NCBI GenBank assembly: GCA_965203055.1
Contig: OZ241863.1
Span: 1,312,001-1,376,000 of the forward strand
Origin: Spirochaetia bacterium
GTDB taxonomy: Bacteria > Spirochaetota > Spirochaetia > SZUA-6 > Bin103
DNA: 64,000 nucleotides
Direction of reading: 5' to 3'
Positions 30,279 through 39,537 of the stretch are shown here, one piece after another. How positions within the stretch are numbered: position 1 is the stretch's first letter; every line of letters begins with the position of its first letter. The notes below the pieces were generated by a model. That model was given only the letters and a program-made list of their open reading frames with translations, was not told the DNA's origin and did no database searches. Made by a program: the position numbers and the translations under genes.

Positions 30279-33200
30279 ATGCCGATCGATCGGCGGGAGC
30301 TGCTGAGCGATCTGCGGCGGCAGCTCCGGCTGCTGGAGCGGGACCTGGCCGCGCGCGCCGACAGCGTGCCGGAAATGGCCGCGGCGCTGGAAGCGGAGTA
30401 TCAGGCGGCGCGCGCCGCCGAGCGCACCGCCGCCACCTTCCGCGTCTGGCGCGCCGGCGAACTCACCCAGGCCGCAGTCGCGTGGCTGCTCGGCGCCGTG
30501 TTCGTGCGCTTCATCGAGGACAACGGGCTGATCGACGAGCCGCTGATCAGCGGCCCGCACCGTGCCATCGATCGGGCGGAGGAGCGCCAGCTACGCTACT
30601 TTCGCTCCCATCCCACCGCGACCGACCGCGACTACCTGCTACACGGGTTCGCCGCCGTCGCCCGCCTGCCGGCGCTGGCCATGCTCTACGACCGCGCCCG
30701 CAACCCGGTGTGGCGCCTCGGCATCTCCGGCGACGCCGCGCGCGGCCTGCTGGAGTTCTGGCGCACCGTGAACCCGGACACCGGCGTGCTGCGCCACGAC
30801 TTCACCGACCCCGAATGGGACACTCGCTTCCTGGGCGACCTGTACCAGGACCTGTCCGACGACGCCAGGAAGCGCTACGCCCTGTTGCAGACGCCGGAGT
30901 TCGTCGAGGAGTTCATCCTGGAGCGCACGCTGACGCCGGCGCTGGAACAGTTCGGGCTGGCCGCAGTGCGCCTGATCGACCCGGCCTGCGGGTCCGGTCA
31001 CTTCCTGCTCGGCGCGTTCCAGCGGCTGCTGCGCCGGTGGCGCGCGCGCGAGCCCGAAGCGCCGAAACAGGAACTGGCGCAGCGCGCGCTGGGCGCCGTG
31101 CACGGCGTGGACGTCAACCCGTTCGCCGCGGCGATCGCGCGCTTCCGGCTGGTGGTGGCGGCGCTGCGGGCGAGCGGCATCAGGCGCCTGCAAGAGGCGC
31201 CGGCGTTCCCGCTCAACGTGGCCGCGGGCGACAGCCTGCTCCACGGACGCCGCTTCGGCGAGCTGGACCTGGGCAGCGGCGCGGAACAGCACGCGCTCAC
31301 CGGCCAGGCGGAGTTCGCGCACGCCTTCCAGTCCGAGGACCTCGAGGCCCTGAACCGCATCCTCGGCCGGCAGTATCACGTGGTGGTAGGGAATCCGCCC
31401 TACATCACGGTGAAGGACAAGGCGGTCAACCAGTTGTACCGCGCACGCTACACGACCTGCCACATGAAATATGCCTTGAGCGTGCCATTCGCCGAGCGAT
31501 TGTTCGATTTGGCGCTGCGCGGCGAGTCGGCCGGGTACGTCGGACAGATCACCTCCAACTCGTTCATGAAGCGCGAGTTCGGAAGAAAGCTCATAGAACG
31601 TCTCATGCCGTCGGTCGATCTCACCCACGTAATAGATACCTCGGGCGCGTACATTCCGGGGCATGGGACTCCGACGGTAATCCTCATCGGTCGAAATCAG
31701 GCGCCTGCTTCCGAAACGGTTCGTGCAGCGCTTGGAGTAAGGGGTGAACCGGAACCGCCGACCGATCCTGCAAACGGGAAGGTCTGGACTGCGGTTGTCG
31801 ACCAGATCGACTTACCCGGAAGCGAATCGGAATGGATGAGCGTGTCTGACGTATACCGCAAGACATTTTACGATCATCCCTGGTCGATCAGGGGCGGAAT
31901 AGCTCGAGAATTACAGAGTCACTTGGAGTCGGAGTCGCCGCTAGTACTCGATGAGATTGTTACCGACGTGGGTATTACGGCGGTTACCGGAGAGGACGGA
32001 TTATTCATCATCGGCGGCGATATGCTGGCTGCCCGGCGTCTTGGGGTAGAATCCGTACGCCCTTTGGTGATTGGAGACAACGTTCGCGACTGGACTACGG
32101 GTGGTTTGATCGCCGTCTGGCCCTATGGTGAGAATTACAGACTTCGTGACCTGAACGACATGCCTGGTGTAGCCCGGCTCTTTTGGTCATACAGAACGTC
32201 GATTTCATCCCGAAAACGATTTGGTACTCCGATGCTTGAGAAGGGCCTGTCGTGGTACGAATACCAAGAATTATATTTCAAGAAGCTTCGTTCCAATCTC
32301 TGTGTAGCATTTGCCTTCGTCGCTACTCACAATCACTTCGTACTTGACCGTGGTGGTAAGGTGTTCAACCGTTCCGCGCCGGTCATCAAGCTGCCGGACG
32401 ACGCAACCGAAGCAGATCACTTGGCGCTTGTCGGCTTGCTCAACAGTTCCGCGGCGTGCTTTTGGATGAAGCAAGTGTTTCACAATAAGGGAAGCACGGT
32501 AGACGTTCGCGGAGCTCGCCAAACGACCGATGAATATGAGAATTTCTATGAATACACCGGTACCGGATTGAAGCAGTTTCCGCTTCCACCGGAGCGGCCA
32601 GCGGACATCGCAGAGCAAATAGACCGTCTTGCCGCGGAGCGCCAATCTCATCTGCCGGCGCAACTGGCCGACCGCTTTCCCCTGACGCCGGAGGAACTGG
32701 ATGCTCACTGCGACGTTGCAGCTTCTCTGCAGGCGCGCATGATCGCCCTGCAGGAGGAGCTCGACTGGGAGTGCTACCGCCTCTACGGCCTCATCGACGA
32801 AGACTGCCGGTACTCCGCCGGCACGGGTGACCGCTCCGAACCCCCGCCGCTGGCGCTGGGCGAGCGCGCCTTCGAGATCGTCATGGCGCGGCGGATGGCG
32901 GCCGGCGAACTGCAAACCCGGTGGTTCGAGCGCCACGGTTCCACGCCGATCACCGAGGCGCCGGCCCACTGGCCGGAGGACTACCGCGCCCTGGTCGCGC
33001 GGCGCATCGAGCTGATCGGTTCCGACCGCTTCATCGGCCTGCTGGAAAAGCCGGAGTACAAGCGCCGCTGGAACACCGAACCGTGGGAGGATCAGGAACG
33101 GCGCGCCCTCCGCGCCTGGCTGCTCGACCGGCTGGAGTCGCCCGCCTACTGGCCGGAACCGCGGCTCACCACCGTCGGCGAGCTCGCCGCGCGGGCGGCT

Positions 33201-33920
33201 GCGGATGCCGACTTCCAGCAGGCCGCGGTCCGCTTCTCCTATCGCGCCTACGGCTACCTCGACGCGCTGGTCGCCGAGCTGGTGGAGTCCGAAAGCGTGC
33301 CGGCGCTGACGGCGCTGCGCTACAAGCCCTCCGGCCTGGCCAAGCGCGCCGACTGGGAGGCGGTCTGGGCCGCGCAGCGGCGCGAGGACGAAATCGACGC
33401 CGAAACGGCCGCCGCGACCCCTCGACTAGCCGGCGAGACCGAAGATCAGCATGCCGCCCGTCTCAAGGCTGAACAGGACCGCCGCAAGCGGGACGAGCTC
33501 GGCGACCTGGCGGCGCCGCCCAAGTACCGCGCGGCGGACTTTCTGAAAGCCGGCTACTGGCGCCTGCGCGGCGCCCTCGACGTGCCGAAGGAGCGCTTCT
33601 TCAGCTTGCCGGGCGTGAGCGGCGACGACGATCCCACGCTCCTGGTGGGCTGCGCCGGTTGGGATCACTTGACCCTCTGCCAGGCGCTGGCCGCCTACTA
33701 CAACGAGGCCAACGAGCGCGACGGTTGGAACGCGGCCCGGGCCGCCCCGCTGCTGGCGACGATCCGGGAGCACGTACCGTGGCTCAAGCAGTGGCACAAC
33801 GACCTCGACGAGGAATACCAGCAGCGCCTGGGCGACGTCTTCGACAGCTTCGTTCGCTCGCAACTCGCGCGGTTCCGTCTGACCGAGCACGATCTGACTG
33901 CCATCACGCCTGCGCGATAG
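30279..33920 (+). CDS. pglX: BREX-2 (Pgl) type adenine DNA methyltransferase PglX
   Basis: DTRFLGDLYQDLS...YALLQTPEFVE, DPACGSGHFL (SAM binding), GNPPY (catalytic), NSFMKREFG, VATHNHF, LDVPKERF, PWLKQWH. Confidence 0.92.
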   Translation: MPIDRRELLSDLRRQLRLLERDLAARADSVPEMAAALEAEYQAARAAERTAATFRVWRAGELTQAAVAWLLGAVFVRFIEDNGLIDEPLISGPHRAIDRAEERQLRYFRSHPTATDRDYLLHGFAAVARLPALAMLYDRARNPVWRLGISGDAARGLLEFWRTVNPDTGVLRHDFTDPEWDTRFLGDLYQDLSDDARKRYALLQTPEFVEEFILERTLTPALEQFGLAAVRLIDPACGSGHFLLGAFQRLLRRWRAREPEAPKQELAQRALGAVHGVDVNPFAAAIARFRLVVAALRASGIRRLQEAPAFPLNVAAGDSLLHGRRFGELDLGSGAEQHALTGQAEFAHAFQSEDLEALNRILGRQYHVVVGNPPYITVKDKAVNQLYRARYTTCHMKYALSVPFAERLFDLALRGESAGYVGQITSNSFMKREFGRKLIERLMPSVDLTHVIDTSGAYIPGHGTPTVILIGRNQAPASETVRAALGVRGEPEPPTDPANGKVWTAVVDQIDLPGSESEWMSVSDVYRKTFYDHPWSIRGGIARELQSHLESESPLVLDEIVTDVGITAVTGEDGLFIIGGDMLAARRLGVESVRPLVIGDNVRDWTTGGLIAVWPYGENYRLRDLNDMPGVARLFWSYRTSISSRKRFGTPMLEKGLSWYEYQELYFKKLRSNLCVAFAFVATHNHFVLDRGGKVFNRSAPVIKLPDDATEADHLALVGLLNSSAACFWMKQVFHNKGSTVDVRGARQTTDEYENFYEYTGTGLKQFPLPPERPADIAEQIDRLAAERQSHLPAQLADRFPLTPEELDAHCDVAASLQARMIALQEELDWECYRLYGLIDEDCRYSAGTGDRSEPPPLALGERAFEIVMARRMAAGELQTRWFERHGSTPITEAPAHWPEDYRALVARRIELIGSDRFIGLLEKPEYKRRWNTEPWEDQERRALRAWLLDRLESPAYWPEPRLTTVGELAARAAADADFQQAAVRFSYRAYGYLDALVAELVESESVPALTALRYKPSGLAKRADWEAVWAAQRREDEIDAETAAATPRLAGETEDQHAARLKAEQDRRKRDELGDLAAPPKYRAADFLKAGYWRLRGALDVPKERFFSLPGVSGDDDPTLLVGCAGWDHLTLCQALAAYYNEANERDGWNAARAAPLLATIREHVPWLKQWHNDLDEEYQQRLGDVFDSFVRSQLARFRLTEHDLTAITPAR

Positions 33921-35134
33921 ACGCTACTCGTGCCAGAAATTGGTCGCCGTCGCCGGACTGCACCAGGCAGTCGCCGACGTCGGCCAGTTGATCCGCTTCC
34001 CTGATATCCGCCATCAGAGCCGCCGCACGCTCGCCGGCCTCCGCACCGAACCGAAACGCTGCCATACGGCGCAACAGCGCTCGTTCGTGTTCAAGTCCCT
34101 GCTCGCGGCCTTCCTCGCGGCCCTGCTCGCGGCCCTGCTCGCGGCCTTGCTCAAGTCCCTGCTCAAGTCCTTGCTCAAGTCCCTGCGCAAGGCCTTGCTC
34201 GCGGCCTTCCCGCATCCACTGCGCCGGCCACTCCTTCACTCGATCTTCCAGCGTCATCCGTACCTCCTCCAGGTTCTTCATCTCCGGCAGCTTCTCCCCC
34301 TTCCGCTTGATCCGCTCCATCGAACTCCGCAGCCAGTCCTCGAACACCCGTCGCAACTCCTCGTGCTCCGACCCCGCCAGCCACTCCGCCAGCGCGTTCG
34401 CTACCCGCAACAAGTCCTCCGGCGACCGACTCTGCTCCAGCCCCACCACCGCCCGCATCAGATTCCCGCGCGGCACCGTGTCCGCCCCGACCCGCTGCTC
34501 GTCCACTACGAAGTAGCGCTGCGCCGGTTGGTACGCCGCCAGCCACTGCCCCACCGGCGCGATCAACTCGCCCACCTCCTGCGGCGCGCCCCACGGGTCC
34601 GTGCCGTTGTAGAGCACTACCGGCAGCACCGCCGGCAAGCGGCGCGCCTCCTGCCCGTCCTGTCCGTCCCGCCTCCTCCGACTCTCGTTGCGCAGCCACT
34701 CCTGGTACATCAGGCTGACGTAGACCAGGATGCGCAACGCCATGTAGTAGTCATCGCGCGACTGGAACTCCAGCAGCACCAGCAGATAGGCCCACTCGTC
34801 TCCCACCCGCAGCCGCCATACGGCGTCCCCGTGGCGCTTCAGCAACTCGTCGCTGACGTACTCCGCCGACAGCTTCTGCAACGTCGAGAAGTCAACGGTA
34901 GCGAGCTGCTCGCTGCTGAAGAAGGCGCGCACGAGGTCTTCGACCATGCGCGGGAAGGCGAACAGCATCTTGTACCGCTCGTCGTAGCGGGGGCGGGACT
35001 CGCGTCCGGGGCTCATTACCGCATCGTAGCAGTACGATCCGGAGAGCGGCAATCAAGACCAGGCGGGGGCGGGCTATAGCGCTGAGTGCGGCCCGCCGGT
35101 GGGGCAGGACACCCGTAGCGGCCGGCTGCTACCA
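33784..35134 (-). repeat. Right arm of ~1.3-kb inverted repeat
   Basis: See 24219-25532. This arm is 37 nt longer (three extra 12-bp units plus 1 nt). Confidence 0.95.
33904..35016 (-). CDS. Rpn family nuclease, second copy
   Basis: Nearly identical to 24336-25412; its 3' end overlaps the pglX 3' end by 17 nt. Confidence 0.93.
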   Translation of the reverse strand: MSPGRESRPRYDERYKMLFAFPRMVEDLVRAFFSSEQLATVDFSTLQKLSAEYVSDELLKRHGDAVWRLRVGDEWAYLLVLLEFQSRDDYYMALRILVYVSLMYQEWLRNESRRRRDGQDGQEARRLPAVLPVVLYNGTDPWGAPQEVGELIAPVGQWLAAYQPAQRYFVVDEQRVGADTVPRGNLMRAVVGLEQSRSPEDLLRVANALAEWLAGSEHEELRRVFEDWLRSSMERIKRKGEKLPEMKNLEEVRMTLEDRVKEWPAQWMREGREQGLAQGLEQGLEQGLEQGREQGREQGREEGREQGLEHERALLRRMAAFRFGAEAGERAAALMADIREADQLADVGDCLVQSGDGDQFLARVASIAQA

Positions 35135-36679
35135 CGTGGTGTGCGGGTCGGTGTAGGGGGAACGTTCGAAGCGGCAGTCCGGCTCGGTGACGCGGGGATC
35201 CTGCTGCGCGCGCAACGCCGCCAGCAGGCGGGAGGAAAGCTGCTCCCGGGTGGCGTCGCAGGCCGGGTCGCCGGCGATGTTGGTGAGGTAGTGGGGGTCG
35301 CGCTCCAGGTCGTACAGCTCCTCGGCGGGGAACTTGCCGAACCCCATCTCGAACAGCGCGCGCACCTCCGGCTCGGCGCGGTGATGCACCATCCACGCCT
35401 TCGACGGCGAACCGTCCAGGTCGGCGTAGGCGATCATGGTGTCCTCGCACAGCGACTCGAACGACGGCGGCGCGGCGCCGGGGTCGTCCAGGCCGCGCGG
35501 GTCGCCCATCGGCCAGCGCTCCGGCGCGAAGTTGCGAACGTAGAGATAGCGCCCGGTGCGAATGGCGCGTTGCGGGTAGGGCAGATTGCCGGCGCGCGCC
35601 CGCGCGACGTGGCGCTCGCGGCCGAGCACCACGTGGTCGCGGGCCGGGTCCACCAGCCCGGCGGCGGGCGATTCCAGCACCGGCAGCAGGCTGCGCGCCG
35701 TCATGCCCTCCGGCCGCGCGACCTGCGCCGCGTCGAGGAACGTCGGCGCCAGGTCCATCAGGTTGACGAAGTCGTGCACGATCCTGCCGCCCGGCACGCG
35801 GCCGGGCCAGCGCGCCGCCAGCGCCACCTCGCAGCCAAGGTCGTACAGGTTGCACTTGCCGCGCGGGAAGCCGGGAATGCCGTGGTCGCCGCTCACCACC
35901 AGCAGGGTGTCGTCCAGTTCGCCGATCTCCTCCAGCTTGGCGAGCAGGACGCCCAGGCCGGCGTCGACGGCCTGACACTCGCCGAGGTAGTCGCAGAAAT
36001 CCTCGCGCACGGCGTGCGCGTCGGGCAGGAAGGCGGGCAGACGCCCCTTGAGATCGTCCGGCTCCAGCCCCCAGAGCTGCTTGCCGGAGCCGCGCTGCCA
36101 CTTGCGGTGGGTGTTGGTCGGACCCCACCAGTAGCAGAACGGGCGCCCCGGCTCGCGCGCGTCGAGAAACGCCTGGAAGTTGTCGCGGGTCTCGTCGTAC
36201 AGGACCTGCTTGGCGCCCTCCACGCCGCGCTGCGGCGCAAGCTCGGAGGCGACGAACGAGAACTGGCCGAATCTGGTGCCGGCGGGGGCGTAGCGGGTGC
36301 GGTCGCCGCCGTAGGGGGCGTCGCGCGGGGTGCCCGGCGACCACACCTTGTAGGTGTAGCCAATGTGATAGCCGGCCGCCTCCAGCGCCAGCGGGTAGGA
36401 GGGGATGGAGGCGTCCCACTCGGCGCCCTGCAGGATCGCGCCGCGCCCGGTCTGCCAGAAGTAGCGGCCGCTCAGGATCGAGCTGCGGCAGGGGGTGCAG
36501 GAGGGCGCCGGCACGAACGCGTTGCTGAACAACGCCCCCTCGCGCGCCACCCGGTCGAAGTTGGGCGTGTCGATGACCGCGTTGGGCGTGCCGCCGCCCT
36601 GCAGTTGGCGGTAGGCGCCGGCGTAGCGCCCCCAATCGTCGGCGAACGCGAACACGATGTTGGGCCGGCGCCGCGCCAT
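35129..36679 (-). CDS. Cys-type sulfatase
   Basis: PNIVFAFADD, SCTPCRSSILSG, GDHG, KCNLYDLG; start trimmed to ATG 36679. Confidence 0.92.
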   Translation of the reverse strand: MARRRPNIVFAFADDWGRYAGAYRQLQGGGTPNAVIDTPNFDRVAREGALFSNAFVPAPSCTPCRSSILSGRYFWQTGRGAILQGAEWDASIPSYPLALEAAGYHIGYTYKVWSPGTPRDAPYGGDRTRYAPAGTRFGQFSFVASELAPQRGVEGAKQVLYDETRDNFQAFLDAREPGRPFCYWWGPTNTHRKWQRGSGKQLWGLEPDDLKGRLPAFLPDAHAVREDFCDYLGECQAVDAGLGVLLAKLEEIGELDDTLLVVSGDHGIPGFPRGKCNLYDLGCEVALAARWPGRVPGGRIVHDFVNLMDLAPTFLDAAQVARPEGMTARSLLPVLESPAAGLVDPARDHVVLGRERHVARARAGNLPYPQRAIRTGRYLYVRNFAPERWPMGDPRGLDDPGAAPPSFESLCEDTMIAYADLDGSPSKAWMVHHRAEPEVRALFEMGFGKFPAEELYDLERDPHYLTNIAGDPACDATREQLSSRLLAALRAQQDPRVTEPDCRFERSPYTDPHTTW

Positions 36680-36683
36680 GGGT

Positions 36684-37415
36684 TCAGCGTCCCTGGACGC
36701 GGTGCATCTCCGCAATCAGCTCCGCGGTCGGCGGATAGTAGCGGCCGGGGACCGCTCCCTCGGCGCGAATCTTCTCCTTGGCGTAGTTCTCGGCCGCTTC
36801 GTGCTCCAGCGCCCACTCCAGCGCCGCCGCGGCCATCCACGACGGCACCACCAGGACGCCGTCGTTGTCGCCGACCAGCACGTCGCCGGGCCGCACCAGC
36901 GCGCCGCCGCACTGGATCTGGCCGTTCTCCTCGGCCGGCGCGGCCGCCAGGCCGCCGTGGAAGCTGCGCTGCCGGGCGTACACCGTCAGCCCGTACTCCT
37001 CGTCGACGATCACGTCGAGGTCGCGGATGGCGCCGTCCACCACCACCCCGTCGGCGCGGTTCAGCGCGAGCTGCAGCAGCTTGACGTCGCCGGCGACCAC
37101 GTCCTGGCGGGAGCCCATGATGTCCGCCACCAGCACGTCGCCCGGCCCGCAGCGGCCCATTGCCCGGTACTCCAGCTCGTCTTCCCCGCCGGTCCGCTCG
37201 CTCATCAGGTCGGGGCGCACCGGGAGAAACCTGAGGGTGCGCGCCCGCGCCGCGAACCGCTGCCGGCCCGGCGTGAGGTTGATCACTCCCTCGCAGACGT
37301 TGAGCGGGGAGCCGAAGTGGCACACGGCGCCGTACACCGTCGCGGTCGGAATCGACTTCAGCCCGTCCAGCACGGGCTGCGGCACTTGCGCCGGTCGCAT
37401 GTCGAATGCTGGCAT
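36684..37415 (-). CDS. RraA-like / HMG-CHA aldolase family protein
   Basis: [45 protein letters not shown]; start trimmed to ATG 37415. Confidence 0.87.
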   Translation of the reverse strand: MPAFDMRPAQVPQPVLDGLKSIPTATVYGAVCHFGSPLNVCEGVINLTPGRQRFAARARTLRFLPVRPDLMSERTGGEDELEYRAMGRCGPGDVLVADIMGSRQDVVAGDVKLLQLALNRADGVVVDGAIRDLDVIVDEEYGLTVYARQRSFHGGLAAAPAEENGQIQCGGALVRPGDVLVGDNDGVLVVPSWMAAAALEWALEHEAAENYAKEKIRAEGAVPGRYYPPTAELIAEMHRVQGR

Positions 37416-37421
37416 TCCGCG

Positions 37422-37451
37422 ATGATAGGCGGCCCCCGGCGGCGCGGTCAA
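37422..37451 (-). promoter_or_regulatory. Sigma70-type promoter, leaderless geometry
   Basis: TTGACC-18nt-TATCAT-6nt-ATG(37415). Confidence 0.7.
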
Positions 37452-37514
37452 ATCGCGCCGCCGGCGCGCGGCCGCCGCTATCGGCTCCGCCCCGGCCGGC
37501 GCCGGCGGCGTTGC

Positions 37515-37543
37515 TTGACGGCCGCCCGCAACGCTTCTACGAT
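37515..37543 (+). promoter_or_regulatory. Divergent sigma70-type promoter of the ABC-GH32 operon
   Basis: TTGACG-17nt-TACGAT; SD GAGGT before ATG 37563. Confidence 0.7.
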
Positions 37544-37562
37544 GCCATGCCGTGAGGTAGAA

Positions 37563-38510
37563 ATGATGACGCGGGCTCAAACAACGACGCGAGCTTTCCC
37601 GCAGCGGTCCGCCCTGGCCGCGCACGTCGTCAAGCACCGCTACCTCTATCTGCTGCTGTTGCCGGGCCTGATCTTCTACATTCTGTTCAAGTACCTGCCG
37701 ATGTACGGCGTCATCATCGCCTTCAAGCAGTTTACGCCCGTCAAAGGAATCCTGGGCAGCCCCTGGATCGGGTTGGAGAACTTCCAGCGGCTGGTGACGG
37801 CGCGTGACTTCCCGCTGATCTTTCGCAACACCATGCTGCTCGGGTTCTATCAGCTCGCGTTCGGCTTCCCGGTGCCGATCGTTCTTGCGTTGCTGCTCAA
37901 CGAAGTGAGCTACGCGCCCTTCAAGCGCAGCGTGCAGACGATCATCTACCTGCCCCACTTCATCTCCTGGATCGTCGTGGCCGGACTGGTGTTCCGGCTC
38001 ACGACGGTGGACGGCGGTCCGATCAACGAGGTGATCAAGGCGTTCGGCGGGGACCCGGTGATCTTCCTGGCCAGCAAGCCGCACTTTCGCGGTCTGCTGG
38101 TGATCTCCGACATCTGGAAGAGCTCGGGCTGGCGCACCATCATCTTCCTGGCCGCGCTCAGCACCGTCGATCCTACGCTCTACGAGTCGGCCGTCATCGA
38201 CGGCGCCAACCGCTGGCAGCAGACGTGGCGCATCACCCTGCCGAGCATGGCGGAGGTAATCGCCATAGTGCTGATCCTGCAGGTCGGCGACATACTCCGC
38301 GTCGGCTTCCAGCAGGTAATCGCCATGTACAACCCCGCGGTCTACGAGGTGGCTGACATCTTCCAGACCTACGTCTACCGGACCGGTCTGTTGCAGGGGC
38401 AGTTCGGCTACGCCACCGCGGTCGGGCTGTTCAACTCGATCATCGCGCTGGCGCTGGTGCTGGTCGCCAACTGGGGCGCCAAGCGGCTCGGCACCGACGG
38501 GCTGTTCTAG
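37563..38510 (+). CDS. Carbohydrate ABC permease (LplB-like)
   Basis: [24 protein letters not shown]. Confidence 0.92.
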   Translation: MMTRAQTTTRAFPQRSALAAHVVKHRYLYLLLLPGLIFYILFKYLPMYGVIIAFKQFTPVKGILGSPWIGLENFQRLVTARDFPLIFRNTMLLGFYQLAFGFPVPIVLALLLNEVSYAPFKRSVQTIIYLPHFISWIVVAGLVFRLTTVDGGPINEVIKAFGGDPVIFLASKPHFRGLLVISDIWKSSGWRTIIFLAALSTVDPTLYESAVIDGANRWQQTWRITLPSMAEVIAIVLILQVGDILRVGFQQVIAMYNPAVYEVADIFQTYVYRTGLLQGQFGYATAVGLFNSIIALALVLVANWGAKRLGTDGLF

Positions 38511-38535
38511 CGGCGCGAGACTGCGGAGACGCTGC

Positions 38536-39420
38536 ATGGCCCTGAAGAAGAGCCCCTCGCGCATCCTCTTCGAGGTGTTTCTCTACGGCTTCTTCGTGGT
38601 GGCCGCGCTCGGCTGCGTGTACCCGTTCTGGACCGTGGTGGTCACCTCCATTCTGCCCTACGAAGTCTACCTCAAGAATCCGCTGATGCCGATTCCGAGC
38701 GCCTTCAGCATCAACGCCTACCGGCTGGTGTTCCTCCAGGAGGACATCCTGCGAGCCGTCGGCGTGTCCGTATACATCACCGTGTTCGGCACCCTGTTGA
38801 GTCTGCTGGTGACGACCGCCACCGCCTACGTGCTCTCCAAGCGCTACCTGATGGGACAGCGCCTGTTCCTGCTTCTGTTCTTCTTCACCATGCTGTTCGA
38901 GGGCGGCATCATCCCCCTCTACTTCGTGGCGCGCTCACTGGGCATCGTCAACACTCTGTGGGCGCTGATGCTGCCGCTGCTGATCAACACCTTCTTCCTG
39001 CTGATCATGCGCGCCTTCTTCATCTCCTTTCCCGTCAGCCTGGAGGAATCCGCCAAGATCGAGGGCGCCAACGATATCGTCATCCTGCTGCGCATCGTCA
39101 TGCCGCTGTCCAAGGCGGTAATCGCGGTGATCGGTCTGTTCTATGCGGTGGAGCGCTGGAACGACTTCTTCTACGCGTTGATGTTCATCAACCGTGAGCG
39201 GCTGCAGCCGCTGCAGCTTCTGGTCTACAGCCTGATCTCGCCCGGCAGCGGCGCTTCCTTCGCGCAGATTACCGAGACCTATCTGCAATCGCTCGGGGTG
39301 GTGCTGGAAACCATCAAGATGGCGGCCGTGGTGATTGCCGTGGTTCCGATCCTGATCGTCTATCCGTTCATTCAGCGCCACTTCACCAAGGGAATTCTGA
39401 TCGGCTCGATCAAGGGCTGA
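38536..39420 (+). CDS. Carbohydrate ABC permease
   Basis: [29 protein letters not shown]. Confidence 0.92.
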   Translation: MALKKSPSRILFEVFLYGFFVVAALGCVYPFWTVVVTSILPYEVYLKNPLMPIPSAFSINAYRLVFLQEDILRAVGVSVYITVFGTLLSLLVTTATAYVLSKRYLMGQRLFLLLFFFTMLFEGGIIPLYFVARSLGIVNTLWALMLPLLINTFFLLIMRAFFISFPVSLEESAKIEGANDIVILLRIVMPLSKAVIAVIGLFYAVERWNDFFYALMFINRERLQPLQLLVYSLISPGSGASFAQITETYLQSLGVVLETIKMAAVVIAVVPILIVYPFIQRHFTKGILIGSIKG

Positions 39421-39537
39421 GGAATTATGTGATGTGAGGAGGATACCGGAATGTAGACGAACCAGCGGATCGACGCGGCTGGGTTGCAGCCCGCCGATGG
39501 AGCGCAAGCGAGTGGCGAATATGAAAGGGAGCCTATC

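Noticed and set aside
30279..33920. Complete BREX/Pgl system
   Set aside because: Only pglX is present; no kinase, ATPase or PglZ gene is in the window.
24219..35134. Classical composite transposon
   Set aside because: I found no DDE or HUH transposase, no terminal inverted repeats within each arm and no target-site duplication; Rpn proteins are not demonstrated transposases.
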